NCBI RefSeq assembly: GCF_006345805.1
Contig: NC_043011.1
Span: 22,394,464-22,458,463, forward strand
Direction: 5' to 3'
DNA length: 64,000 nt
Source: Octopus sinensis
Taxonomy: Eukaryota
Below are positions 1-11,920 of this stretch, piece after piece. How positions within the stretch are numbered: the stretch's first letter is position 1; each line of letters starts with the position of its first letter. Both the position numbers and the translations under genes were made by a program. The notes under the pieces were generated by a model. That model was not told the DNA's origin. It did no database searches and saw only the letters and a program-made list of their open reading frames with translations.

Positions 1-630
1 CACAATGCTCCTAGATGTCTCCCCTGTGTATGTGATGTTCATGTCTTTACAAGCATCTTCTATGCATCTTATGCTGTAAACTACATTTCTAGTTCTACAG
101 TTAATGCCATGGCTAATCCTATGTCCCATGCAGTTATCATTGGTGCATATGGTATTCTCAAAGAGGTACGTCCTACATAGTTGTGATCTGATGGAGTTCC
201 TTGGCTTTTCAACAATCTTAATGTTAAGTTTGGTTTCCTTCACAGCTTTCCTAAATCTATGGGCTAGTACTCCATGGGCTGTGGCCTCTACAAACATCAC
301 TCCTTGATATTTGTCAGTTTTATACCACATGTTCACCCTGTTTGCTTTATCACAAGTTCTTTGTATCCTATTCCAGTCTTTGTTTCTATATCTAGGGCAG
401 GTACCACTGGTATCATTACACATAATGTTATCTAACTTCTTTCTAGCACCCCTGTATACTCGAACCCTATCTTTTTGATCATATCCAGAGAATTGCATGC
501 GATGCATGAAGTTCTGTACACGTTTCTTCGTTTCGTGAGGTTTGCATAGTGGGGACATGTTGTTCATTATTCTAACTAAGTCTGCTATCAGTATGTTAAT
601 TTTCATGTTGTGTGACAAAACTGGAGTGTG
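1..630 (-). mobile_element. Penelope-like retroelement (PLE) ORF fragment: RT thumb/linker plus N-terminal part of GIY-YIG endonuclease, running off the window edge
   Basis: Manual translation of the minus frame is open from 630 to 1: ...MKINILIADLVRIMNNMSPLC...RMQFSGY...CPRYRNKDW...WYKTDKYQGVMFVEAT...CTNDNC...NCRTRNVVYSIRC...YTGETSRSIV. VVY...YTGETSR preceded by a Cys-rich linker is the PLE GIY-YIG signature. It is missing from the ORF track because there is no stop inside the window. Confidence 0.88.
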
Positions 631-947
631 TTAAATTATAAGGCACTAAAAGAGAATGACTCTTCCCAGACACAACAGTATAAATATAATTAGGTAGATT
701 AACTGGAAAATCAGGAGAATGTAAGTTTGTTGTATTTGTCCATAGACAGGTAAATATCCAGAGTGTTCTTACTCTAACCTCACAGGTAACGGAAAGGAGA
801 ATCTGGGAAATTCTTAATAGCTGTTTCTGGGCCTTGTTGATCAGTAAGTGTAGTATTATACATTGTTTATACATATACATGATGTAAATTGGGGTTAGTG
901 AATGCATATGCCAATAACACAAATTAAAATTATAATAGTACTTACAC

Positions 948-1246
948 CAGTGATTTTGAACTGGGGTTCATATAAGATTCTGTGGGGAGCCAAAATACTA
1001 AATAGCAAAATATTAAATTGGAGATCCACAGTAGTATTTTAAGCATCCATATATGTATTGCAAGAAACAGATTAGTTTCTTTCTCTAACATTGTACATAG
1101 TTCAACCTATATAAGGGAATGAGTGAATAACAGAATATGAAAGAACTATCTATAAAATTAGTTCTTAGACACCAAATAGCTATAGGGGTCCACCAGAATA
1201 AAACAGTAAACAAAGGGGTCCATATGAAAAAAATAGTTGGGAACCT
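948..1246. mobile_element. Degenerate hAT-like non-autonomous element (MITE)
   Basis: Ends resemble CAGTGGTTCTCAAC-type TIRs (cagtgattttgaactgggg ... gttgggaacc). The internal sequence matches a second copy at about 40590-40866. Confidence 0.55.
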
Positions 1247-1527
1247 TATACCATCATTAGAAGTAAATAAAATTTTGGCAGTTGAAGGTAATTAAAAAAA
1301 ATGTAAATACAAAGCCCATCACAGTAGAGGAAGAGAGTAATAGAGTAGGTAATAGAAGGCTTAAAAGTAAGAACACTATCTATAATATGTTAGAAGTATG
1401 GGAGGGCATAAATAGAGTGATATTTACAAGTCCCTTAATCCCTTGGGAGTTGTTGGAGTACTACAGCCATGCAATGTATCTAGGGTGAGAAAGTCTTGTG
1501 GAGCCCCTCCCTCTCCTGGCAAAACTC

Positions 1528-1822
1528 ATTTCTATAGCTGAGTGGACTGGGGTAACATGAAATGAAGTGTTTTTCTCAATAACACAATGGATTGCCTGGT
1601 CCAAGGATTGAAACCGCAATTTTACGGTCATGAATCCAATATCCTAACCACTAAGCAATGTGCCTAGACTAGTGGTACTCATTTCTACAGCTGAGTGGAC
1701 TGGAGCAACATGAAGTGAACTGTTTTGCTCAAGAACACAACGCATCACCTAGTCCAGGAATCGAAATCACAATTTTATGATTGTGAGTCCAACACTCTAA
1801 CCATTAAGCCATGTGCCTCCAC
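1528..1822 (-). mobile_element. Two tandem tRNA-derived CORE-like SINE copies
   Basis: Minus strand shows an A box (TGGCTTAATGG), a B box (GATTTCGATTCC) and GTGTTCTTGAGCAAAACA...CAGTCCACTCAGCTGTA. Units lie at about 1528-1667 and 1683-1822. Confidence 0.75.
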
Positions 1823-2284
1823 TTGATATATAGAAGAACAAAAACCTAAAAAAAAAAAAATGGAGAAAGGTGAGAAGACTGAAGATACATAGAAGAGATG
1901 GTGGGATGTAACAAAGTAATGGTCAGCCTCTTAAAAGACAGTAAGGCGACCCCCAAAGAGTGTATGAACCTCAGAAGATATCAAAGAAATATTAAAGCAA
2001 TGAGGAGAAGAGATAAGAATAAATAGGGAGGGCTGACCAGTCTTCAGCTAAGAATGAGTCTGCCTAAAAATCAAGCTGTGAAAATGTTGAAGATTAATCC
2101 AAGTGTGCAAAAGCATGACTGCCTCTGTAGAATAGTAAGAAAAGGATGTAAATACAAATAGGAGCCAGGGGTTATCTGATTGGGGTGGGGGTGAAGTAGT
2201 AGCAAGAGAAGTATATTATGACAAATTATCGCATGTGTGTTTATATAAATAGATAGATATATACACATGCATGTATCTTTCTTT

Positions 2285-2692
2285 TCTTTTTCTCTTTTAC
2301 TTGTTTCAGTCATTTTGACTGTGGCCATGCTGGAGCACCTCCTTTAATCAAGCAACTCGACCCTGGGACTTATTCTTTGTAAGCCCAGTACTTATTCTAT
2401 CGGTTTCTTTTTGCTGAACCGCTAAGTGACGGGGACATAAACACACCAGCATCGGTTGTCAAGCAATGCTAGGGGGACAAACACAGACACACAAACATAC
2501 ACGCACATACATATATATACATATATACGACGGGCTTCTTTCAGTTTCCGTCTACCAATTCCACTCACAAGGCTTTGGTCGGCCCAAGGCTATAGTAGAA
2601 GACACTTGCCCAAGGTGCCACGCAGTGGAACTGAACCTGGAACCATGTGGTTGGCAAACAAGCTACTTACCACACAGCCACTCCTGCGCCTA
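2285..2692 (-). mobile_element. Full-length tRNA-derived SINE (family A of this window; Octopus-type)
   Basis: tRNA-like head on the minus strand (AGGCGCAGGAGTGGCTGTGTGGTAAG...GGTTCAGTTCC), an internal (TA)/(TG) microsatellite and a 3' stem-loop CAGTC-AAAAT-GACTG. Near-identical copies lie at 7775-8193 and 37440-37720. Confidence 0.88.
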
Positions 2693-2754
2693 TGTATATA
2701 TGTATATATTATTAATTTGTTGTTAAATGTATTATCTAATTGGAATCCTAAAAC

Positions 2755-2895
2755 CAAGGTGCCACATAAAAAGCATGGGTATGGGTGCTGGTATCATATA
2801 AAGAGCATTGGTGGTGGTGCCATGTAAAAAGCACCCAGTACCCAGCTCATGCTAACATGGAAAATGGATGTTAAATGTTGATGACAATGATGGTG
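2755..2895 (+). repeat. RTE-3'-end-related short repeat with (GAT)n tail
   Basis: AAAAGCACCCAGTA...CATGCTAACATGGAAAATGGATGTTAAATG(ATG)n; the same motif recurs many times in the window. Confidence 0.6.
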
Positions 2896-3110
2896 ATTGA
2901 TGAAATAGTTACAAAACTTGTGAGATCTGTGGAAATGTCACCATGTAACTCAGAGTTTTAGATACAAGCAAAAAATTTCAAATCAAAACTGTACTTTTAA
3001 ATATAATCAAAATGAACTGAGAAGACATTGCTGCTTTTAATATGTTTGACAGATATTATGTGCTTTATAGTTTAAAGAAATAAAAGATGAATTAAAAAGA
3101 TAAAACCGTA

Positions 3111-3156
<46 letters not shown>

Positions 3157-3366
3157 TGCATTTTTTTTTGCTGTCCAACCACTACCACCACCATGAAGGC
3201 TCAGTCCAAGTTATTTACCAATTGAGATTATTTCCATTTCATTTCAGTTCAGCTACCTATCTATTTGTATATCTATTAATATATATATCTCTATCTGTGT
3301 ATCTATTGATATATCTGTAGACTCATCTATGTACCTAGCTGTGTGTCTGTCTAGCTAGGTATCTAG

Positions 3367-3645
3367 ACCAAAGCTTTGTGAGTGGATTTGGAAAATAGAA
3401 ATTGAAAGAAACCTCTGTGTGTGTGTATGTGTGCGTTTGGTGTTTGTGTCCAATGACCACTTGACAGCTGCTATTGGTGTGTTTATGTCTCCATAACTTA
3501 GCAGTTTGGCAAAAGAGACCAATAGATTAAGTACCAGATTTGAAACAAAAAAAAAATGTACTTGGGTTGATTTGTTTGACTAAATTCTTCTAGATGGTAC
3601 CTCAGGATGGTTGCAGTCCAATGACCGAAACAAGTAAAATAAGAT
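3367..3645 (+). mobile_element. 5'-truncated family A SINE
   Basis: ACCAAAGCTTTGTGAGTGGATTTGG...CAGTCCAATGACCGAAACAAGTAAAA matches the 2285-2692 element. Confidence 0.75.
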
Positions 3646-4471
3646 AGATATAATTGTTTCCATATTTTGCAGTATTGAATAATCTGGATGTTATTCACTC
3701 ACATTGAGCATCCAAAATCTGCAGCCAGTATAGCAAGAATGCGACTTGATACTCTTTAAAAGTACTAAGTTTTCACTCTATTTATAAACATTGTTTAATG
3801 ACATTTAAACATTTGACATTTCATAGAATGCTGTTTGACATCATTATGATGTCCAACACTTCCCCTTTTTCTGTACTAACAATGAAGCCACCCCAAATAG
3901 AATTCAATAATCTTACGAGACAAAACACTGCAGTGATGATCTTTTTTTTTCATTCATTTTAGTCATTAAAAACTTTTTTCATTGAAAAATACAGAACACG
4001 TCTTTATTGCATGCGTAACCAACTTTTATCTTTTTACATATTTCAATTCACGATTACATCACTGTACATAAATCCCCTCACTAAACAAGTTTTTCGAAAC
4101 CCTTTTTTTTTGTGTGTACATATATATTCCCCTCCCCTTACCGAAAGCTGAACAGTTATCTCCCTTGCTCACAACAACAACAATAATAACGATAACCAAT
4201 TACCTACCCTTATTTTTCTACTTGTGAAGTCATTCACTCGTAAATATCATCACATACAACATGGACAAAAATTTCTTAAGAAAAGACATATTCAAATAAG
4301 TAAAACATAATATCATGAATAGCGAAAGCGAAACCGGTTGATATATTAAAAAATATATATTAAAACTATGTAAAGTGTGTGTATTTTCCTTTTTTAATTT
4401 CTTATATCTATTACAACTCACCCCATGGGGATAATTGAAATTCTTCTTTTCTGTTACTACTACTACTATAC

Positions 4472-4504
<33 letters not shown>

Positions 4505-4506
<2 letters not shown>

Positions 4507-5359
4507 GGATCACCTCATAAATAATGTGGTTTTTTACACTTCTTTTATTTTTCAAAATATTAATAAACAAACTTCTTTTTTAATCAAAAATATACTCTCC
4601 TTCATTTTCTACAATGCTCTTATATCTATCTGGTAGACTTGCAAGGCCCCTCTTCCAAAATTCATTTGTTTGTGATGAAAAATACTCCTCCAGTACTGTT
4701 CTGACCTTATCTACAGAATTCATATTTTTTCTATCCAAATGATTTTGAAGACTGCAGAGTAAATGATAATCAGATGGGGGCAATGTCTGGCGAATATGGG
4801 GCATTGTTTCCCATTCAAACTGCTCCAGCCTTTGGACTGTCATCCTTGCTGTATGTGGCCAAGCATTATCCTAATGGAAGAACACCTTTCATCTTGAAAC
4901 CAATTTGCTGACTTTTCTGATGGCATGCAGGTGTCGATCAATGTTTGAATAACCAGATCCAAGCTTCTCTGCTAGTTCCTCAACAGTTATGATGGGATTT
5001 CGTTGCACCAGGGTTTGCAGGGCGTCCTCATTGAGCTCTACAGATCTTCCAGGATGAAGCTCGTCTTCTAGGCTGTAGTTTCCGGCTTGGAATTTCTGGA
5101 ACCACTGTTGACACTAGCTTACACTTATTGTCTGATCCCCATATATTGCATTAATATTCCGTTGCCTTGTTTGAATTTGTAAAGCAAATTGAACAAATTA
5201 CTATTAAAATCGAACTGCACTCTTCAAAACTTGCACTAAAAATAAGGACAAGGTAAAATTACTACCTGCTTTTATAGCAAGTTGATGCAGGTAGTTTATC
5301 CCTTCTCCTTCTGACTTTTAGTTCATGCAGTTGAAAAACCGCATTATTTATGGGATGAC

Positions 5360-5363
<4 letters not shown>
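4505..5363 (-). mobile_element. Internally deleted mariner (DD34D-type) DNA transposon
   Basis: TIRs TTGGATCACCTCATAAATAATGTGGTTTTT / AAAAACCGCATTATTTATGGGATGACCCAA within TA repeats. Decayed transposase motifs WFQKFQAGNYSLEDE, FH*DNAWPH and PSDYHLLCSLQNHL (ORF 4580-4843). About 860 bp versus about 1.3 kb for a full element. Confidence 0.9.
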
Positions 5364-5397
<34 letters not shown>

Positions 5398-5400
<3 letters not shown>

Positions 5401-5560
5401 GCTTCTTTCAGTTACCATCTACCAAATCCACTCTCAAGGCTTTGGTTGGCCTCAGGGCTATAATAGAAGAAACATGTTGAAGATGTCACACAGTGGGACT
5501 GAACCTGGAATCAAGTAGTTGGGAAGCAAGCCACTTACCACACTGCTATGCCTGTGCCTG
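5398..5560 (-). mobile_element. Family A SINE head
   Basis: GGGCTTCTTTCAGTT...CCACTCTCAAGGCTTTGG...CTTACCACACTGCTATGCCTG. Confidence 0.75.
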
Positions 5561-5593
<33 letters not shown>

Positions 5594-6292
5594 AGCACTA
5601 TGGAGGCACAGATATGGCTGTGTGATTAAGAAATTTGCTTTCTCTCTGTGTATAAATGAACCTGATCGAATTAGGTTTCTATTTGAAGTCTGTGAAACTT
5701 TAAGTTACATGGAACTGAATCAAATTGTTTTAGATAATACTATATGTAACTCCTACTAATGTGTTGAGTGCTTTTGCTTTCATTTTCTCTACTCACTCAT
5801 GTATTTATATATATAGATACACACACATATACATACAGATAATGATATAAGATGTAAAGACAGATATCTATACAGATGAAGAGCGTATAAGATGGATTAA
5901 AATAGAGGAGATAGAGGCAATTGACACCAAGACATATATGCACCTATAAATAGATATATAGAGGAATTTCACGGGAAAGAAATTCCTTCCATGGATGCTT
6001 ATGTCTATACATGTATGTATGTGTATATGTTTGCATTCTATATATATGTGCTTGTATGTAAAATATGAGAGAAAATAAATGGAATTCATGAATCCCTTTA
6101 TTATTCATTATGATCATTCAGACCCATTGTGCACTGGTGCCTTGCAGGTGAGCTGCTGTATAAACCGTTGTGGTACATCATTGTCAAATGATACCCCCTT
6201 TTTTAATCTCTGTTTCACTTATTTTGGGTTTACTTCAAGGTGTATACCCAAATTTAAAATTATTATTTATGTATGTGTGTGTGTGTGCATGA

Positions 6293-6455
6293 GAAGGCAT
6301 GTAGCCTAGTGGTTAGGGTGTTGTACCTATGATTGCAAGATCATAGTATTAATTCCTGGACTGGGTGGTGTCTTGTGTTCTTGAGCAAAGCACTTCATTT
6401 CACACTGCTTCAGTCCACTCAGCTGTAAACAAGTAACCCTGTGATAGACTGGTGT
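6293..6455 (+). mobile_element. tRNA-derived CORE-like SINE
   Basis: GGCATGTAGCCTAGTGGTTAGGG...GTGTTCTTGAGCAAAGCACTT...CAGTCCACTCAGCTGTAAA; same family as 1528-1822. Confidence 0.7.
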
Positions 6456-6579
6456 AAAGAGACGCCAGTCATTTATATGCAATGGAAACAATTGAGTCCT
6501 AAGACTCAGTGGAAGCCCTATGAGTCCTAAGACTCGAGACAGTAATTTCTAGAGGTTGATGATGACGACAATATATATA

Positions 6580-6909
6580 TGTTAAAATAGTACACTGCTT
6601 CCCATGTGACCAGGTGGTATGAGAGGCCATTTTAATGTCAGACAGTCAGTTATTGTAGGAGGTCAGTAGCAGAGTCGTTGTACGAGTTCTCAGTTGGAGT
6701 TAGTATCAGTTATGTGATATATATGAGTTCAAGTTACCATCAAGGTAGATGTTTCAAAGTTGTCTTGCAGAGCTATCAGTGATAGCATGATAGACGAGTC
6801 AGAGATAATAAAGATGTGGAATACTGCCACAACATAATAGTGGCAACAAGAATATTACAGTGTTGACAACAATATACAAGTATGCAAGTGGATGAAGATC
6901 CACAGTACA
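6580..6909 (+). repeat. 5' LTR of Gypsy element
   Basis: Starts TG, ends CA, contains AATAAA and is colinear with 10002-10490. Confidence 0.8.
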
Positions 6910-7774
6910 ATAGTGGCAACGAGGCAATTCATGTGGACAACATTGAAAAAACAAAAAAAAATTTTTTACGAGAAACTACACAATTCACAAATTTGAAAAC
7001 TTTTTCACGTGGAGAAATTAAAAACTCAACAGAGGAGTAGCAAATATTTTTGTTGTATATATTTTACAAAAAATCTGTAAAATTATGGAAAACTTGAGGG
7101 TTTAGTTAAGTTGCAAAAACAGCAACAACACCATCTCAAAGAACAACAACAAATGCTACAACTAATGAAGTTGGTAAAAAAAAACTGGAAAATACATTTT
7201 CACCAGACCATGTAGCAAATTCAATAAATGAATTTAAATATGACCAAAAAGAAAGAATCACTTTCGAGGCATATTACTGAAGATTTGAACAATTTTTTGA
7301 AAAAGAATGTCAAGATTGGATGGAGGAAATGAAAATGCATCTAATTCTGAGGAAACTGGTGATAATAGAGCATGAGAAATATTGTAACTTTATTTTGCCT
7401 AAAAAAGTTTCTGACATAAATTTCACAGACATAATTGTCATTTTATGTAGGATGTTTAGTGAAAAAAGTCATCATTGTTCAACACATGTCGGAAGTGCTT
7501 GAACCCTGAGAAAAGCGATGACGAAGACTTTACCACATATGTGGGTAGAGTAAATAGAGAGTGCGAGAGATTTAAACTGACTAAACTAACTCCAGACTTG
7601 TTCAAGTGCCTGATTTTTGTTCAGAGACCTACCTCTAAAAAGGATGCAGAAATCGGAACAAAAATTCTCACAAACCTGGAAATGAACTAGGATATAACTC
7701 TCCAGAAACTGTCAGAAGAGTGTGATATGATATTAAAAGTAAGGTACGACACAGAAGAAATCCAGTGCAGAGAT

Positions 7775-8193
7775 TTTTACTTTTTACTTTTACTTGTTTC
7801 AGTCATTTGACTGCGGCCATGCTGGAGCACCGCCTTTAGTCGAGCAAATCGACCTCGGGACTTATTCTTTGTAAGCCCAGTACTTATTCTATTGGACTCT
7901 TTTTGCCGAACCGCTAAGTGACGGGGACGTAAACACACCAGCATCGGTTGTCAAGCAATGCTAGAGGGACAAACACAGACACACAAACATATACACACAC
8001 ATACATATATATATATATATACATATATACGACAGGCTTCTTTCAGTTTCCATCTACCAAATCCACTCACAAGGCTTTGGTCGGCCCGAGGCTATAGCAG
8101 AAGACACTTGCCCAAGATGCCACGCAGTGGGACTGAACCTGGAACCATGTGGTTGGTTAGCAAGCTACTTACCACACAGCCACTCCTGCGCCT
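7775..8193 (-). mobile_element. Full-length family A SINE inserted into Gypsy gag
   Basis: Near-identical to 2285-2692; interrupts gag upstream of the zinc knuckle. Confidence 0.9.
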
Positions 8194-8869
8194 ATTGTTT
8201 ACAGATAAAACCTGTGCAAAAAAGTTGGAAGATGGATAAAGTATTTCACAAAAAATCATGATATATATTGGAGATAAACCCATGTATGGCACCTGAGAAA
8301 AGAGTGTCCATTTAAAAAAAGTGAAGTGTTTGCATTGTGGGCACACAGGACATATTAAATTGCACTGCAGAACTAAGATGATGAAAAATTGGACCAGGCG
8401 AGAAAAAAAAAAAGGTTGTCATCAGAAAAGTTTGTATAAAGAAAAGAAAATTCATAAAAGTGAAAGTCAAAACCATTAGAGTGTAAAGGCAATTAGACAT
8501 GGGTTGGGACATCACTATCATAAATAAAGAAACATGGTGACAAACCGGTAAGCCGAAATTATATAAATCAAATAAAGTAACATATTGTGTTACAGGAAAG
8601 GAATTATATTTCATGGGTGAATATATCTGCAATGTAATTTTTCAAGGTGAAATGAAAGGGACAATAATTTATGTGTTGAAAAAGTCACTAAACCTATTTG
8701 GCACAGAATGTATGAAGTTATTTAAAATATGGGATACCCCCATTAGTGTTCTCCGTAAAAATGTAGTTGGCACGGTTGAAAGTTCAAATGAAGTCGAACA
8801 ACTGAGACAAAAAATTAAAAAATTGTTTTCCAAATGTTTTTTAGGAAGGATTAGGTTGTTACGCTAAAC

Positions 8870-9800
8870 AAAAGTGAGGATCATGGTAAAAGAAAAGGCA
8901 ACACCTGTTTTCAGGCCCAAATGGAATGTGCCATTTGCAGCGTTGAACCAGGTCAATAAAGAGCTAGAAAGTCTAGTTATAATTGAAAAGGTCAACCATT
9001 CAGACTAAGCATCTCTGACGGTTTATGTAAAGAAAAAATATAATAAACTAAGAGTGTGTGCAGACTTTTCAACTGGATTAAATGACTGTTTACTTGAACA
9101 CAACTGTCCATTACCAGGCCTAGAAGAAGTGTTCTCAAAACTAAATGGAGGAAAAATTTTCTCAAAGTTAGGCCTCTTGGAGGCCTATCAACAGATACAG
9201 GTAAAGGAAGATTGCACACACCTCTTAACAATCAACACACACCGTGAGTTGTATAAATTCAAGCAGCTTCCTTTTGGAGTAAAAGTGGCACCTGCCATAT
9301 TCCAACAAGTAATGGACACAATGTTAAATGATTGCGACTTTGCCATCACTTATCTCGATGATATTTTGATAAAGAGCAATACTTCGAACATATTAAAAAA
9401 GTATTTGGAAAAATAAACGAATACGGGTTTAGACTAACAGTGGAAAAGTGTGAATTTTTTATGAAAAAATAAAATATTTGGGTCAAGTAATTGACAAAAG
9501 GGCAACAACAATATGGAATATGCCTCCCACAATCAATGTCAAATTGTTACAAGCATTTTTAGGGTTGGTAAACTACTATCAAGTATATACCCCAAACATA
9601 CACAACACAAGGGCTCCTCTAAGCGAGCTGTTAAAAAAGGATGCCAAATGGCTTTGGTCAGAAAAAGGCCAGAAGGCATTTGAGGAACTAAAAAGCATGT
9701 TAATTTCAGATTTGTTGCTTACACACTTTGATCTAAAGTTGAAAACAATACCGGTGAGTGTGGGGTAGGTGCTGTACTCTTACACAAGTGTGAAGACATT
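8870..9800 (+). pseudogene. Gypsy pol pseudogene (reverse transcriptase / RNase H)
   Basis: PVFRPKWNVPFA, CADFSTGLN, TINTHRELYKFKQLPFGV, YLDDILI, LQAFLGLVNYY and LLTHFDLKL, broken by frameshifts. Confidence 0.9.
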
Positions 9801-10001
9801 CTAGGTACCAACACTGTTACAGGTGGTTGAACCCATGTGTCCAAGTGGAAGAAAAAGGAAGAACACAGAGTTCCTACAAATAGACGCCAAAAAGAAAAAA
9901 AATATTAAGTCAAAAAAATACCTGCTAAAAAGAGAGGTGGGGCGAATAAAGTAAAATTAAATTATTTGCTCCCGAAAGAAAAAAAAAACTGAAAGGGGAG
10001 A

Positions 10002-10490
10002 TGTATTGAAAATGGTACACTCCTTCTCATGTGACAAAGTGGTATGAAAGCCACTATGAAGTCAGACAGTCAGTCGTTGTAGGAGGTCAGTAGTAGTAGA
10101 GTCATTGTACGAGTTCTCAGTTGGAGTTATGTGATATATATGAATTTGAGTTACTGTAAAGGTAAACTTTTCATAGTCGTCTTGTGGAGCTATCAGCGGT
10201 AGCATGATAGATGAGTCAAAGATAATCCTTTCTGCTATAGGCACAAGGCTTGAAATATGGTGGGAGGGAGCCAGTCGATTGGATCGACCCCAGTACGCAA
10301 CTGGTACTTAATTTATCAACCCCAAAAGGATGAAAGGCAAAGTCGACCTTAGTGGTATTTGAACTCAGAACATAAAGACAGTCAAAGATAATAAGATGCA
10401 GAATATCACCACAACATAACAGTGGCAACAACAATATTACAGTACCAATAACAATATACGAGAGGGCGAAGATCCATATTTTAACACACA
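10002..10490 (+). repeat. 3' LTR of Gypsy element, interrupted by a SINE
   Basis: Follows the PPT, starts TG and aligns with the 5' LTR on both sides of the 10227-10379 insert. Confidence 0.8.
10227..10379 (-). mobile_element. 5'-truncated family B SINE with 13-bp target-site duplication
   Basis: AGTCAAAGATAAT at 10214-10226 and 10380-10392. The body is the reverse complement of the 10718-10940 element. Confidence 0.88.
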
Positions 10491-10717
10491 TATATATATA
10501 TATATATATAGGAACCAATTTATGGATTCCATTGGCTATCTATAGGAAATATAAGGAAGAAGAGAACTGGTTCCTTCAGTGGTCAGTGTGGCTTAGTGGT
10601 CTGAAACACACCTGGCAACACAAGATAACAAAAAGAATGATCCAGGTTTGAATGCAGCATGAGGACACCTAGGAATCCTGACCTAAGTGTGTCTGGCTCC
10701 CATAGAGTGTCAGGTAA

Positions 10718-10940
10718 AAGGCGGCGAGCTGGCAGAAACGTTAGCACGCCGGGCGAAATGCTTAGCGGTATTTCGTCTGCCGTTACGTTGTGAGTTCAAA
10801 TTCCGCCGAGGTCGACTTTGCCTTTTATCCTTTCGGGGTCGATAAATTAAGTACCAGTTACGCACTGGGGTCGATGTAATCGACTTAATACCTTTGTCTG
10901 TCCTTGTTTGTCCCCTTGTGGGTAATAAAGAAATAGGTAT
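10718..10940 (+). mobile_element. Full-length tRNA-derived SINE (family B; Octopus-type)
   Basis: AGGCGGCGAGCTGGCAGAAACGTTAGC...GAGTTCAAATTCC (B box)...CATCC/TATCCTTTCGGGGTCGATAAATTAAGTACCAG; near-identical copy at 48908-49143. Confidence 0.88.
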
Positions 10941-11762
10941 AAGGGCTAAAACACTTGTCAGATGGGAGTTCTTTCTCTGAAGATCTCTCCTGCTGTGCAC
11001 TTGCCTTGCATTGATTTTCTGATATTTAATACAAGTAACATTTCTATACATACTGGTGCTAATATGCTATCTTAAAGGTAATATCATTGGAAGTGACACT
11101 GGCTTCTCTAAAATCTATAGCCTTTTATCCTTGCCTCACTAAAATAAAAGCAAGAGAAATATGAAATGCAAAGTTGGAGGTCTAAGTGTAGGTCTACAGA
11201 AGTAGAACTAAAGTGTAAGAGTTCTGACACCACTAGATAGGCAAACATACAGGTAGATAGATAGTAAATGGACACAGATTGATAGAAAGATAGATACACA
11301 CACACACATAGCTAGTGGTAAATGGTGAATTAGGAAACTGAAGTTGAAAGCAAATTTCTTTTGATGTATCTCTGTTTATGTGTATATATTTCTTCATCTG
11401 TATGTATACAGTGAATGGTGTTGTTGCAATTGATAATGTTTAGCACTAGATTAGCCTTGCACGAGCATAGTTATGATCCATGGCTTTCTATCTTTGTTGA
11501 TTGATTGTTTACCTCTATAGCAAGGAAGAAAATCGTCTGACCAGAATCCATATTTTTAATACATTTTTCTCATTAGTGAAAAGTATAAAAAATATCTTCA
11601 TGCATTTATTTAATTAATTCTTTTCCCTTTTTATTTTCTTGTAATCATTGTGTCTATAACATATATAGATGCCATTTTGATCTAGTTGGATTTCTTCAGT
11701 ACTAAAGTGGTTAAGAATCTAGGCTCTATTAAACATTAATTTAAAGTAAATGATCAATTTTA

Positions 11763-11905
11763 CAGGCATAGCTGTGTGGTTGAGAAGTATGCTTTTGAGT
11801 TTGTCCCGTTGAGTAGCATTTTGGGGAAGTATCTTACACTTTCCAGGAAGAACAAATCCTTGTGATCGAATTTGGTTGATGGAAACTGAAAGAAGCCTGT
11901 TATAT
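11763..11905 (+). mobile_element. Degenerate family A SINE head
   Basis: CAGGCATAGCTGTGTGGTTGAGAAG...GGAAACTGAAAGAAGCCTG. Confidence 0.65.
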
Positions 11906-11920
11906 ATATATGTATATATA

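Larger units (their letters stand above)
6580..10490 (+). mobile_element. Decayed Gypsy (Mag-like) LTR retrotransposon lacking integrase
   Basis: Two LTRs (6580-6909 and 10002-~10490), a PBS-like TGGCAACGAGG at 6914 and a PPT GAAAGGGGAGA at 9991-10001. Coding relics: gag (7085-7770), zinc knuckle CLHCGHTGHIKLHC, protease LDMGWDITII, RT with LPFGVKVAPAIFQ and YLDD (9054-9416), and RNase H start (9478-9790). Many stops and frameshifts. Confidence 0.92.

Noticed and set aside
104-307. 67-aa plus-strand ORF
   Set aside because: Antisense shadow of the PLE frame.
2456-2827. Recurrent similar ORFs (2456, 7958, 27351, 37457, 41706, 52906) as a gene family
   Set aside because: They are antisense translations of family A SINEs.
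10718-10810. tRNA genes at SINE heads
   Set aside because: A and B boxes are present, but no complete cloverleaf; each continues into a SINE body.
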